A DNA stretch of 63,904 nucleotides, filler included, from Collodictyon triciliatum (lineage: Eukaryota), in NCBI GenBank assembly GCA_043381765.1. It is 3 parts of 3 records of this genome, joined end to end, with 100 filler letters (N's around TTAATTAATTAA, not from the genome) between each part and the next. Parts side by side here need not be neighbours in the genome. Positions count along the whole stretch, not along the records: positions 1 to 23,168 come from JBHJMP010001125.1; 2 more parts are not named here. One strand, given 5' to 3'. The first letter of the stretch is position 1. Each line of letters opens with the position of its first letter. The translations under genes and the position numbers were made by a program. The notes below the pieces were generated by a model. It did no database searches, was not told the origin of the DNA, and was given only the letters and a program-made list of their open reading frames with translations. Shown one piece after another: positions 1-12,800 of the stretch.

Positions 1-180
1 ATCTTTGGTGTTTGCGACAACAAAAGCGGAGCGATAACCTTCTACGACTACAAAAGCGTAGTTCATCATCGTGCTGTCGTGCAGGGCTGCCTGGGGGCGT
101 GCTTTGGACATGATGGGACTTTCTACACGACGAGCCTTTCGCAAAAATCAGTGTCTGCCTTTTCCACAGGGCATGAATAA
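1..180 (+). CDS. 3' end of a beta-propeller (NHL-like repeat) protein, truncated by the window edge
   Basis: Frame 1 is open from base 1 to TAA at 178-180: IFGVCDNKSGAITFYDYKSVVHHRAVVQGCLGACFGHDGTFYTTSLSQKSVSAFSTGHE*. The G-x-x-F-x-x-DG-x-x-Y pattern resembles an NHL/propeller blade. Confidence 0.5.
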   Translation: MFGVCDNKSGAITFYDYKSVVHHRAVVQGCLGACFGHDGTFYTTSLSQKSVSAFSTGHE

Positions 181-539
181 CCTTTTGATTTCGCTTGTTT
201 CCTTTTGTTCCCAGTCCAGGATTTCCGACAAAATAAAGATAAAAAAGCACGCAATCACCCAACACACTCACACGGACAAAGACATAACACCGAGATTTGC
301 TGGAGTAAATACATAAATGAAATTTAGCTATGACTTATTTTTTTTTAACCCAGCTATTCCCGATGCCTGTTGGGCATGTTAAAAGTAAAAAAAATAAAAT
401 AAAATAATTATATCAGAAATCAAATAAAAGCAAAAAAAAAATAATAATCAACCATGGCATGTCGAACAGATAAGATTTGGTGTAATAGCTCCTAAGTTAT
501 TATCGTTCATTAGAAAAAAAATATAATTATATGTACTTC

Positions 540-1120
540 AGCGCATGGTCAGAGTCAGCGTCATTCGCTCAAGGCTCCTTGTAATCACATTACTCGTTGT
601 TATAATGCTAAAAAAAAAATTTCCCAACCGTCTCAGCGCGTCTGACATCCTGTTTGGCCCACAATACCAAATGACCCACGACTCTAGAATACTCTGGACA
701 GTCGCAAGGGGACATATGCTGTGGTCCTTATGGAGTGTGCGTGCATTCTCTCGCTCTAATGAGTCACCCGAACGAGAAATCAATGTAGCCAGGCTTGAGA
801 GCCTCGTGCAATACAGCTTCCTGAACAGTCTGCTGAAACACGCCTGTATTCTTCGCTACTCTGACCGCAAGCGAAGAGAGATGTATGGAATGTGTCGTAA
901 GATATCTCCCACAGCATATCCAACCACTGCTACCCACGCAACCAATCAACCAGTTGGGACGCCCACCTGACCAACTTGTTATCACTGATTTCTTTCCAGT
1001 GCTAGCCTCTCCACGGTAGTGTCTTCTCCTACTCGCATTTTCTCTCTCCCACGCGCTCCCATCCCGCCCCTTTGTATGGCATAACCTCGCTACACTTTGA
1101 ATCGAATAAAGGAAAAAAAA
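540..1120 (+). mobile_element. 5'-truncated non-LTR retrotransposon (LINE, L1/Tx1-like) 3' end, copy 1
   Basis: 765-1120 is a diverged copy of 35513-35864. The ORF tail contains LWSLWSVR, similar to the W-x-I-W-x-x-R motif after the RT zinc knuckle of L1/Tx1 ORF2. It is followed by a stop at 970, a 3' UTR, AATAAA and an A-rich tail. No target-site duplication found. Confidence 0.6.
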
Positions 1121-2656
1121 GTTGCCAAAGACTAATCAGCATAAGGAGAAAAGAGTATATAATCATAAATTCCATATATGTAAATATTAAGTTAAGCACA
1201 AAAAAGTGGCGTGCGCATACCGAGGTATATTTTGGTGGGATTGAATCTTTTCCGTGAAATATACATTTTAGGAAAACTTTCGATCCAAAACATAGTTTGT
1301 CATATCTGGATGAATTATCCCAAATTTAGAAAAGGAGTTCAAATCCAGAAACGTGCAAGTTCACTGAAACGTTGAGACGTAGAGGCAGGGCAAAAATCGC
1401 TCACCGACACAGCCTCTTCTTTCTCACAAACAGGTGGCTGATGCAAAGGAGGAGTGAGGCAGATCGGCAGCAAGCCTGTACGTCATGTATTGGAACAACC
1501 GAAACCATAAGCTCATACCACACTGCTTCGATACTCTGGTTCGGTAGTTGATATAGAATTCTACTGCTCGATACTTGAAGCGCAGTTGCTTGGGCAACAA
1601 AGTTGCGCCTGACCAAAGAACAAACCATCCGATTTAACCACTCTACTTGTTTACAGCAGTTACAAACTGCGCGTATTGAGGCTGGGTGTTGGAATGATAT
1701 CCAAATCGCATCAAATCTTCATTGACATGTTACTCCTTAGTCCTTAGCCTTCAGTAAGAAAGTGTAGGAAGAGAATATAGAAATGCTCTCAGCAAACGAT
1801 GGCGCCTCGTTTCTACTTCTAGTAGCCTCTCCAAGACACGGTTCGGTCAACACCAAAGGACAACCCGTGAATATTTTTTTATTCATTGAAACGCCTTATG
1901 ATATGTGCATTTTGATCAAACTGGAAATATATCCTGGTTTAATCAACCCATCAAAACCTTGACACAACCTTGTTTGGTGTCTGGCGATGTTAGTATTGAC
2001 ACAGGGCTGGTGTTGCACAATCAAATAATTCTGCTTCGATGTTTTCAGGGGGCGTGTGCGTATAAGAGGGCAGTTATGGCTTGGACTGGGAGCTTATGAC
2101 GCGGTTCGAGGCAAACGCAGGACAAACTCTGTGGACAACTGAACTTAAATTGAAGCTTCTCTNNNNNNNNNNNNNNNNNNNNNNNNNNNNNNNNNNNNNN
2201 NNNNNNNNNNNNNNNNNNNNNNNNNNNNNNNNNNNNNNNNNNNNNNNNNNNNNNNNNNNNNNNNNNNNNNNNNNNNNNNNNNNNNNNNNNNNNNNNNNNN
2301 NNNNNNNNNNNNNNNNNNNNNNNNNNNNNNNNNNNNNNNNNNNNNNNNNNNNNNNNNNNNNNNNNNNNNNNNNNNNNNNNNNNNNNNNNNNNNNNNNNNN
2401 NNNNNNNNNNNNNNNNNNNNNNNNNNNNNNNNNNNNNNNNNNNNNNNNNNNNNNNNNNNNNNNNNNNNNNNNNNNNNNNNNNNNNNNNNNNNNNNNNNNN
2501 NNNNNNNNNNNNNNNNNNNNNNNNNNNNNNNNNNNNNNNNNNNNNNNNNNNNNNNNNNNNNNNNNNNNNNNNNNNNNNNNNNNNNNNNNNNNNNNNNNNN
2601 NNNNNNNNNNNNNNNNNNNNNNNNNNNNNNNNNNNNNNNNNNNNNNNNNNNNNNNN

Positions 2657-4486
2657 AATCATTCTTACATTTCCACCCTCCACAGTTGCACCTTTGCTAT
2701 CGGTGATGCACCAAACCTGTTGGGCTTGGAACAGGAAAATCAAGGCAGGGTCTTCATTCTCAACCTGAGCGGCAAACAACTGCCGTATGGGATATTTGAA
2801 TTTCAGATTGCTTTTCGAAGGGTCCAATACAATTCCTTCTAATTTTCCGGATGTGAAGGTCCATTATTTTATTATATCTTATACTTTTTATGCAAGAGTT
2901 GAATTTAAAAACAAATGTAGAGCATTTATTTACGGAAGTATCTCGAATCTCCAAAATGGTAGAGTCCATGGTAAGTTTGTTTTCTTTCATAGCTTGATGG
3001 AAGTTTGTTACAAAAGTGCGGAACTGTTCAAAATAAAAAAAATGAGACAATACAGATTAAAAATAAAAAAAAAGAAAAAAGGAGACATAAAATGACCTAT
3101 ATCAAAACAGTGACTTGCATTTATGAATTCAACCTTCTCCGATGTATACGCAGATGAATCTACAGTATTTCCAGAAAGAAATCCTTGCAAAACCTTGGGT
3201 AAGATGGTGGTTTCCAATTCATCGACCAACTCAACGAGACTATGGAAAAAGAAGAAAAAAGGCCAAATTTAAATAATTGAATAAGCAAGTAAGAGATTTA
3301 TTTGCTTGCTAATTCAATCTTTTATGGAACCAAGGCAATAATATCAGTATGCTCGGAAAACAATTATACACATGAATATAATAAGAATAAAGAAGAGTAC
3401 AAAATCAACTAAAATAAAATTAAATTAAGTTAAATATTCAGTTACCTGAAATGGGGGATTCTGGTGCGGAGTTCATTCATGACCAAACCGTACTCATCAT
3501 CCTTTCCAAGGAGCTCTGATGTTACATCAGAAATGCGATTCCATGCCTCCTGTCCCACACCAACAATTGGATTGTTTGGGTCGTTGATGCGATCTTTCAG
3601 GTTTGCTATTTTCTATCATACACAACATTAAATTCCATACAGGAAAAATAAATCCACCGATACATTTCCCGGTTAAAACCCGTCATAATAATTATGGCAT
3701 CATATTATATCTTTTAATTTAAAGTGCTAAGTGTGCTTCATTAGTGAGAACCTCTGCGAAAACGGTATCCTCTGCACGACCTTTGATTCCATCCCAAGCC
3801 TGTTCCCATCCCGTTTTCTCACGAACAACAAGACTTGTTGTTTGCTCTTGGGCCTTTTCCTACCAATTCAATTCGCATTATATAAAATAAAAAGACATAT
3901 AAGAATTAATGTCTTGACTTTGTCCATATAAAATTTAATATATAACACACGACAAAATATACATTTTGAGTTGAGGAGTTAGATGTCTGCTGAAAGTAGC
4001 CTTTGTCTCTTGACTCTGCTCCGCCTTTAATAACGTCCTATTGTAACTTCTTTTTAAAGTATGAAAAGGTCGTTGGCTCCACAGTTAATAAATATTTTTT
4101 TTGGATTTACATTTCAACCATATTTTTTTTCTAAGGTATCCTTTCTGATCAAATAAAATATACGCCAAAGAACGACTTTGCTTTGCTCAAGAACCCGTCT
4201 GAGGCGTAAAGTCTAGGAAGCTAAATGGCCGCACACACGACCCGACAGAGGAACCAAAGCGACGAACAAAGACATGTATATATCATAAAAATGCTTAGAA
4301 AATTGGAGTCCTAAAGCGAAGTACAAACAAAAACTACTTGTTGTTACAGACAAGAGGAAAAGAAAAGAAGATGCCCACCACAGAAGGCATCAGAAACGAC
4401 GGGATGCCAGCGCTGCGTATTGTCGGGCGATTCAAGGCGTAAACAGCGAAAGGGGCGGTGCGTCTGATGAGGTGGGTGGCCAGCAT
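2657..4486 (-). CDS. TIM44: Mitochondrial inner-membrane translocase subunit TIM44 (multi-exon; 3' end lost in N gap 2163-2656)
   Basis: ATG at 4486 gives an Arg-rich, acid-free presequence MLATHLIRRTAPFAVYALNRPTIRS. Later exons read KDRINDPNNPIV...GLVMNELRTRIPHFSLVELVDELETTILPKVLQGFLSGN, LTMDSTILEIRD and PALIFLFQAQQVWCITDSKGATVEGG, matching the Tim44 C-terminal domain. Confidence 0.85.
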
Positions 4487-4790
4487 TCTGCAGTCAAAGT
4501 ATCACCCTGTAAGGCGTTCATGATATCAGAGTCTGGCTCATGGTTGCTGGTGTGGGCTTGTTGGTGGCGATCAAAGAAGCGCAAGTCCGACTATGGTCGA
4601 AGCTGATGGTCTCTGTTTGCTTCTGCCGATCAGCCACAAGCTAGATTCGCCTTCAAAAGGAGGTAGCTTTTATAGATAGATATGCAATTGATTTTGAGAA
4701 TTTTAATTTATATGTTGCTAAAATTACTACTTTATATTCGTAATATGAACAATATGAATAAATTCCATAGATATAAACTTAATGCGGATT

Positions 4791-6082
4791 TTATTCGAAT
4801 TTTATGATGTGTCTGTGTATGTGCAGAATTTGCGAACCATATAAATAGGTTAAGTACGAAAGTTTATTGCGTGACAACAAGCTGGAATGGTGGTCGGCGT
4901 AGACCGACAACAAGAAGTCTACCCTAGAACGGTTAGAATCGTTGGCTGGCAATAATCTTTTGCGGGTGGTAGGCATGGACATAGCCAAGCTCCAACACCA
5001 CGAAAAAGATATAGAAATACCAGAGTGGCTGCCTCCCTCTTGAGCGCCCTAAAAATCCTAAAATCCTAAGAATAATCCTAATACTAATGAATTCCAATAT
5101 CAAATCTTCTGGATGAGTCAATACATCCGCATGCCTGAAAGCCTCTTCTTAAACAACAATTCAACACGCTAGCAACGCTGAAGACTTTATAACGTTGCAG
5201 AAAGTACAATCGCTTATTTCTGAACATGACCGAAAAAAATCTTAAAGTTCACACCAATAATATCATCAAGATACCAGTTAACATACAAACGCATTTTTTT
5301 ATTGTATGGACGTCATGGTTTTTTTTTCCGGGTGAGCAAGGAGCTGAGGGAAAATAAAATCATTTAGCGTCTTGGTTCGCATTGGTGATATTAGAAGGTG
5401 CTGATTTTCAAATATCCTGCAGAGCAGGATGTTGGTCCCTATTGATATAGAAAAACTTCTTAAACGACGGACATTAGAAGAAAATGCTTATTAAGTGATG
5501 GATTTGCCACAACACTACATGGGTTTAGGACACAACTATGACGCCGTTAAATAGAATATGATTTTTTGTACATATTAGTTGTTGGTGCATCTTTTGGTGC
5601 TGCTGCTACTTGATCTAAAATAAGCGTGGTAAATAAAGAGATTAGATTTATCCGTTGGTTATTAAGTCGTTCAGACTTACTGGACCGTGCCGGAGGGGCC
5701 TTTGCCTTCTTCTTAAGCTCCTTCTTGCCGTACCGAACAACAATACCCCGCTTCAAATTCTACGCATTGTGAAAGGAATAATATGAGATAAAATGAATTC
5801 AAAGCCAAAATAGTGTGAATGTCGATACCATATGCATTAAATGCCTGTCTGTGTGATGATGCTAATGGTTACCTTCAGGAAAGTATCGATTGATATAGAG
5901 GAAGATGAAGACAGCTCGCCGATATCCTTAACGCCAAATCCTCTAGCGACATACTCAGAAACCTCGGGTTTCGGCTTTTTGGAGTCTGAAAGAGAAATTG
6001 CCTGTCGAGCCTCTTCTAGTTTCACATTCGGGGATGTATTGGAATCCCGTAGAAGCTCCTTTGGTGGACATTTTCCAACCAC
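4791..6082 (-). CDS. Several minus-strand exons: C-terminal part of the TSAUCER-like gene or a separate hypothetical gene
   Basis: Phase-compatible GT-AG exons (ELLRDSNTSPNVKLEEARQ..., NLKRGIVVRYGKKELKKKAKAPP, IFENQHLLISPMRTKTLNDFIFPQLL, KRLYFLQRYKVFSVASVLNCCL). The last exon and stop are unresolved. Separated from the upstream part by N gap 6121-6497. Confidence 0.4.
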
Positions 6083-6506
6083 ATGATATTTTTATTATTA
6101 TGGTAGATTTAGTACGCATTNNNNNNNNNNNNNNNNNNNNNNNNNNNNNNNNNNNNNNNNNNNNNNNNNNNNNNNNNNNNNNNNNNNNNNNNNNNNNNNN
6201 NNNNNNNNNNNNNNNNNNNNNNNNNNNNNNNNNNNNNNNNNNNNNNNNNNNNNNNNNNNNNNNNNNNNNNNNNNNNNNNNNNNNNNNNNNNNNNNNNNNN
6301 NNNNNNNNNNNNNNNNNNNNNNNNNNNNNNNNNNNNNNNNNNNNNNNNNNNNNNNNNNNNNNNNNNNNNNNNNNNNNNNNNNNNNNNNNNNNNNNNNNNN
6401 NNNNNNNNNNNNNNNNNNNNNNNNNNNNNNNNNNNNNNNNNNNNNNNNNNNNNNNNNNNNNNNNNNNNNNNNNNNNNNNNNNNNNNNNNNNNNNNNNAAA
6501 AAAAAA

Positions 6507-8491
6507 CCAGCTTAGTTACTGCCTCGATTGGATTCAAGAGATAAAAGTCACAATAATACATCACATCGTCAATGCTAACTAAATTGCTGTATCAAAAAAA
6601 TTCCGGAATAGAAACTGGGCGTCTGAAGTCAGGAAAGTTTTTGAATCAAGTCAACTAAATGACAGCTTCTTCATGGAAAATAAGAGCAGTGACAAATAAA
6701 CTATTAGTAAAAGCTTGCCTCATCTCCAAGAAGGCAGTACTCTTGAACCATTGCCATGGCATGTTTTGCTCCAATAGGATTTTCAGATGAAAAGCATCCA
6801 AATATTTGCTTTATGGGCAGTAATGGAATTAAAACATAAATATGTAACTATTTGAAATGAAGAAAAACATTCCCAATATATATATGAACCATCTCCAGAA
6901 GCCTTGGAAAAAGCTGTGAGAAGGTCTTACATCTTTCAATCGATTAAATTGCTGAGGAAGTCTTCGCCGACATATTCCCATTCCAGTTGCCTGCATAATT
7001 CCACGTTCTCCCCCCAAATCTTGTATTGTGACCCCAAATGACGAGCGTTCGGTTTTTTGCTCTCCTTTTGATTCCCGTTTGAAATAGTTCTTTTTTGACT
7101 GATTGAGGAAAAAGAAAGGTGTGATAGATTGAATAGCCAAAATATATGAACAAATTGTAGAAGCGCATACATACAAACTTTTGATTTGTAAAGGCGGCAT
7201 TTCCGTGTTAGTATACTCAGGGGATGACGATATTACCTTTCCAGATCCTTTATCCGTAGAAACAAGAGTCATGGATAGAGATGCTTCAACTGCAGCTATC
7301 AAGACACCTTCGGATATGGTTTACGAAAAAAATATCAGAAACAAAAAGATTAACAGGTGAGCCTGTTGCATCATAGAATATGATTTCTTTTCATCATGGA
7401 TGAATAATATGTCAAAAAAGTAGATGACTCTAAGAACCTTCATCTTGGCTGTCCACAGCGTAGTAGGAGAAAGACCGAAGTCCATGTACCCTCCGATACA
7501 GAAGCTGAGATTTCATGAATTTATCGAGATAGCCCCCAACCTATAAAATGACATGATTTAACATCCATCTTGGTTTTCAGACAGTAATTTATCTCTGCCA
7601 GAGTATTATCATTCTTTTCTTTAAGAGGATTAAATGATAAAAAAAATTTTTTTTTGTCGCAAGTGCTTCATTTTAGATTTAACCTGTATGGCAAAAGAGG
7701 ATCGTAGCTCGCTGCCATCATAGCGCAGCTTTAGGATAGCACTATCAAACAGCTGGAATGCGGCCTTTAAGACTTTTTTGTCCTCTATGAGGTTGACAAC
7801 TAAAGAAGACAAAACATGCTTATATATTGTCCTTTCATTGCGTTAAGAAGAATTGCAATCAACAGAACGGACAGAAGCGATATAAATCACAGGTCATGTG
7901 AAGATACCAAGACAAACCCATTAAGAGGCCTGAAAGCGCCGTTTGATCAATCGAGCCGAACATGAGCATGTCTTGCAATATCTCACTGATCTTTGAAAGC
8001 TTCTTCTCACCGCTCTGGCAGTTGTCGTTCAGCTAAAGAAAGAAATAGATATGTTCAACAGCAGCTTCGCATCTGATGATGGAAAAAGAGGCATCTTTCC
8101 AAAATATATAAACCTAAATGACTGCATTTGTGTGATTATATTGGATAAAGTCGTGAAATATTCCTGTTACGTGTTGGTATGCCACTACAACACACTCATA
8201 TAAAAAGATAAACAGCAAGAATATAGAGGTAGTTGAAGAGAGATAAACAAACGTAGCAAAAAGTGAAGTGAAGTGAAGTGAAGTGAAGTGAAGTGAAGCG
8301 AAGTGTAGTGAAGTGTAGCAAAATCCCACCTGTTGGACAAGAGCATCGTACAACAGCGATCTGTTTTTCTGAACGGAAGGAAGGATCATCCCTTTCAGAG
8401 AGAGCGGAGCGGACTGCGCATTCTTGGAGCCTGAGCCCTTCTTTCCCGACAAAAAGCTTGCAAAGCCACGCGGCTTCTTGGACAGTTCCAT
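6507..8491 (-). CDS. TSAUCER: TSET/TPLATE complex large subunit TSAUCER (plant TASH3)-like, N-terminal region
   Basis: Spliced translation MELSKK...MILPSVQKNRSLLYDALVQQ...MLMFGSIDQTALSGLLMVVNLIEDKKVLKAAFQLF...LYRRVHGLRSFSY...GIMQATGMGICRRRLP...IFGCFSSENPIGAKHAMAMV is colinear with my recollection of TASH3 (YNSVDPSLAPSLLMLNQQCEDRNVLRY, HARRLQALKALTY, LQYAAMSALRRLP, GVSFADPVAVRHSLEIL). Needs HMM confirmation. The exon 2-3 junction is uncertain. Confidence 0.65.
8261..8315. repeat. (AAGTG)n intronic microsatellite
   Basis: Directly visible in intron 1 of the TSAUCER-like gene. Confidence 0.9.
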
Positions 8492-9372
8492 CCTCTAGCA
8501 AAGCAGAGCCTTTTCGCTTCAAGCGCAGATCTGTCGACGAGTCTAGTGACGTTAACAAAGGTCGCAGAGGTGATTTACGGGTGGCAAGAGGAGGAGCAAA
8601 GAGAAAAAAAAATAGGGCTGGAACTGGAGACCGCATAAAATACTTCGATTCCTCTTTTCGTCTTCATTCCTTTGTTCATTATATGTTTCTTTTGACAATT
8701 TTATTATTATTATTATTATTGTTATTATTGTTATTATTGTTATTATTGTTATTATTGTTATTATTGTTATTATTGTTTGTTTCTTCGCAGTCTTTGAAAA
8801 TAAAGGAGGAGTTGAGCGGACGAGAAGCGAGCGGCAGCGCGGAAATGTCTGTGTGGGAAGGCGATCATCTCTATTTTTTCTTTCCGACAGACGAGCAGAT
8901 TCACGACCGCACCCGATATGTTATGTCTACGCTGCGATTGCGAGCTTCGGCTTTTGACTCGGTTATTGCGCGCCTTTGGGTTTGTTGTCATGCAAGATGC
9001 AGAGGACAATCTCGCCATGCACCAATGAGACAGCTGCTAAAGACGTGGGCGGGTAATCCCATTGATGCGTGTTGGCCGTTCTCTTCTTTCTTTTTCTTCC
9101 GCCATACCTCGCATATGCCAGACAGCCTTCTTCCAGACACAAACTCACAGTGGCTCTGAGCACCACCCCTTGATGGCTCGGGCCACATCACATCAAAAAA
9201 AAAATCCATTGGTCAAGTTCACATGGAAACCGATTCCAGAAGGTGGCCGTCACGCTACCCATCCTCTCATCCACCACGCTCCACCAAACAAAGAGGAGAG
9301 AAACATATCTGAAAACCTCCGGTGCAATATTTGACTATAATATATAATACTGAACCTAATCACAACAAGATG

Positions 9373-9445
9373 GGCTGCATGGTGTAGTGGTTATCACGTT
9401 TGCTTTACACGCAAAAGGTCGCCGGTTCGATCCCGGCTGCGGTCA
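9373..9445 (+). tRNA. tRNA-Val (anticodon TAC)
   Basis: Cloverleaf: acceptor GGCTGCA/TGCGGTC, D-arm GTGTAGTGGTTATCAC, anticodon arm TTTGC-TTTACAC-GCAAA, T-arm GCCGG-TTCGATC-CCGGC, discriminator A. A T-run Pol III terminator follows. Confidence 0.97.
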
Positions 9446-9801
9446 ATTTTTGGTATCGCCAATTCCTTCTGATTCTCGTCCCAATCGGGCATGAGTGCTG
9501 CGTTTCTGCCAAGTCTTTTTTTTTCTTTTGCCTCCGAACAAATCTGCATCGCATCCCCACGCACCAAACAAACCCGCAAAACCAAAACCAAAACCAAAAA
9601 GGGCGACTCACTTCTGCGACTGCGGACACGTCCGATTACTTCGCAAAGGGCTACGCCTTCCCACTTGCTTATTTTCCTAGTCTCTCCAACTTCATCACAA
9701 CACAAACCAAAAATAAAAAAAAAATATCAAAGCCAGAGAGAGAGGGAGAGAGAGAGAAGTTGCAATACTGCACAAAACCTCCTGCACCAAACAAGCAGGC
9801 C

Positions 9802-12800
9802 ATGTCCAAGCCGACCGATCGCCGGGACGGCTTCCCGATCGTCGGGCCAGACTCCACCACCGGCCCAGGCCACACAAGCAGCTCCAAGAAGGGCGTCCTC
9901 AACTTCTTTCGGTCCTCATCGTCCTCTTCAAACACGGTCGCAAAGGCCGCCCCACCAAACGTCACGTCGCCAATCATATCCCGGCAAGGCACGCAACCAA
10001 ACGCAACCACAAACGCAAACGCTTCTCGGCAGCAACCGCCCATAGCAACTGCAGCCAACCGCACCCGCACGAGCCCGCTAAGCAGCCGGCCGAAACCGCC
10101 CAACGCAGCCGAAACCGCCTCGGCCTCACTCTCGCAGATAACCCTCGTCGAGGCCGAAGCAACTACGCCACCTACGCCCACATCTGCAGCCGGAGTGGCA
10201 ATCTCATCGCCCCAGCCGGCTTCTCGGGCTTTGCAGCGGGAAGTCTCGGAGCTGCGCAGTCGGCTGCAGGAATCGGAGGTGGATTTGAACGGGCTCGTCT
10301 CTTTGCTTGCGGATTCGCAGCAGCTGCTCGCAAGGCTGCTGGCCGAGGCCGATGCATCTGCCCCGATTCCGTGCAGTGTCTCCCGCATCAAACTGCTCCG
10401 CTCCGATCTGCAGCCCGCCATCGACGATTATGTCGGGACTCTCGAGACTCTATGCGAGGCCTGGATTCGTCGCCCAAATACAAATGCAAACGCAAACGCA
10501 AACGCAAACGCAAACGCGAAAGCATCAAGCCCGGCTTCCTCTGTTCACTCGACACATTCTCAAGGAGGTGAACCCAATCACGTCTCTGGTGCTGCCGACT
10601 ACCGCTTCGTCTATGCCGAGTCGCATCCGCAGAGCCATGCTCACAGCCTTTTGAAGGACACAACCGCCTCGGCCCCGGATGTGGGCTCTGCTCAGGTCCA
10701 TCGTCCTTTTGTCTCACCCGCCAAGTCCGGTCATGTGCGTTGCTTTAAAGATTTATCACTCTATATAATGCTCCATTTTGTTGCATTACCACTTAAAGTT
10801 GCACATCAGTGTTTTTTCTTTAAAAAAAAAAAGAAATGATTTTTTCTATTTTCTATTTTGTTTGAAGTTTTGATGAAGTTATATTGATACTAAAGCCTGG
10901 ATTATTTAATTTGCTTAGTTGTGAATCTAACTTCTTTTTTTTTTTATTCATATTGACATGATTTCTTTGCTTCCTTCTTTCCGTATATCATCATTCGATA
11001 GTCTCGCCGCACAAGCGAATATATTCCTAGCTCCTCCAAATCCAATGAAGCCCCCACAACCAACCGAAGAGCAAGTGAATATGGATTCGGATATGCTCAA
11101 GCCCAAGAGCTATATCAAGAGACATCTCCTTCCACAACAAACCTACATCCCGTCACTTTTGATAATGCTGAGCCGGAAGAAAATATCGCAGAGAACTCTT
11201 TCAAGGAAAACTCAAAGCCTGCAAATCCAAAAGGAATGTCTGGGCCCCTGTCAAAGGGAAAGATAGTCAACGAAAAGGCTCCAGATAAATTTGCAAAGAA
11301 TTTTCTACGTTAGTTAATATATTGTACCCTTGAAATCCTTGTCAAAATCCGCCGACATAATTCTTGACTATTTATCTGAATATATAGACAGCCTCTTATC
11401 AGTTCTTAATTTCCCAATGTCGCATATCTTGAATTATACTAGACATCCTTAATCATCTGCATCTATTTGGTATCTCGAAAAGAATTAATCATACATCGAT
11501 AAACAATAGCACCAAACCTCCTGGATGATTCTAATAGGGCACCCTTACGGCTATCAACGCTGCACTCTGTAATCTCATACTTTTTTCTACTTACTCTAAC
11601 AAAAAAAAAAAACTTTCGTGGTGCAAGAATTAAATAAGACTGTCGATTCCATTTGTTTTCGCTACATGCCTTAAGTAATTGAACTGGTCAATTGTCACAC
11701 TTTCGTTAATATATACCCCCTTTTTTTTTTCTTTTCCTTACTGAGCTCAGCAATCAGTGATGAAAGGTATTCTCTTCAAGAAAAGCGAACTAAAAAAGAA
11801 AACTGGGAAACAGCTTATCGCCTTTATATTTAGATGGAGACTGTACTGCTTCGAATCCGAAAAGGTATAAAAAATGAATCCGTTCTTATAAGAGCAGCCC
11901 ACGTTATCCAAATTCACATGTAATAAGATCGTATAAATTAGAAGCATAATTATTCATTCACTTTAAATTATAGGATACTTCCCCCTCTGAAGAAATCGAC
12001 ATGTGTCAATCTGTAGTCTTTTTGCCAGTCTCGGATGATGATGGGCTTCATTTCTATATCATGTCATCAAAGCTATACATTTTCTGTTGTCCTGATGTGG
12101 CATCTCGTGAGCGCTGGTATAAAAAGCTTGTTGATGTTTCTGATGAAGGAAGGCTACTTGTCGAAACATGCCTGGTAGAAACCGATCTCATTGACCATTA
12201 TTATTTTTAATGCGATTTATTTTGCTTCACACAACGAATTATTGCAAACTAATGATACATTTCCGTCGATTTTATGCAACACCATTAGAAATTTAAATTA
12301 ATTTATCTTAATCTATAAAAACAAATAGGAATTGAAGAATAGCAAACAAATACGCCAAGGAAACCTCGTATTATTCAAAGATAACCTAGAGTCACCGGAA
12401 CTTAGGTGGTGTTTTGCCTCAGAGGCATACTTTGGTTACTTTAAGGTGGTTTTGATAAATTAATAATTTAAAAAAAAAGTAAATCTTCAGCAATATTTTC
12501 TTTGCTAATTGTCTATATGCATATTTGTTCAGACATTTCTTTGAATTGAATATATAAAATAATATTTGTTCAAACATTTATATCTATATTAGTCGTTCTG
12601 TGACTTAACCTTGTTGGAAAAAAAAATAGGATTCGAAACGTTGTCGCATCTTTGACCTTACTCGGGCGCAAATACTAGCTTCACCGAATAAAAGGATTTT
12701 TACCCTTAATTACGATGGCAAGGTGTATCATTGGATGGGCTCCAGTCTTTCTGACATGGAACATTGGCTTAACTGTGTGTCTCGTCTAATTGAGATTGCT

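Noticed and set aside
2045-2842. 250-260 aa ORFs spanning N gaps (also 5998-6582 and 35060-35717)
   Set aside because: They are open only because they run through Ns.
6713-6722. Additional GC donor (GAG|GCAAGC) in the TSAUCER-like gene
   Set aside because: An upstream GT donor gives a compatible phase, so the GC site is not required.
8293-9159. 288-aa plus-strand ORF with a poly-Leu segment
   Set aside because: Antisense to TSAUCER-like exon 1. The poly-Leu comes from a (TTA/TTG)n microsatellite, and there is no ATG start.
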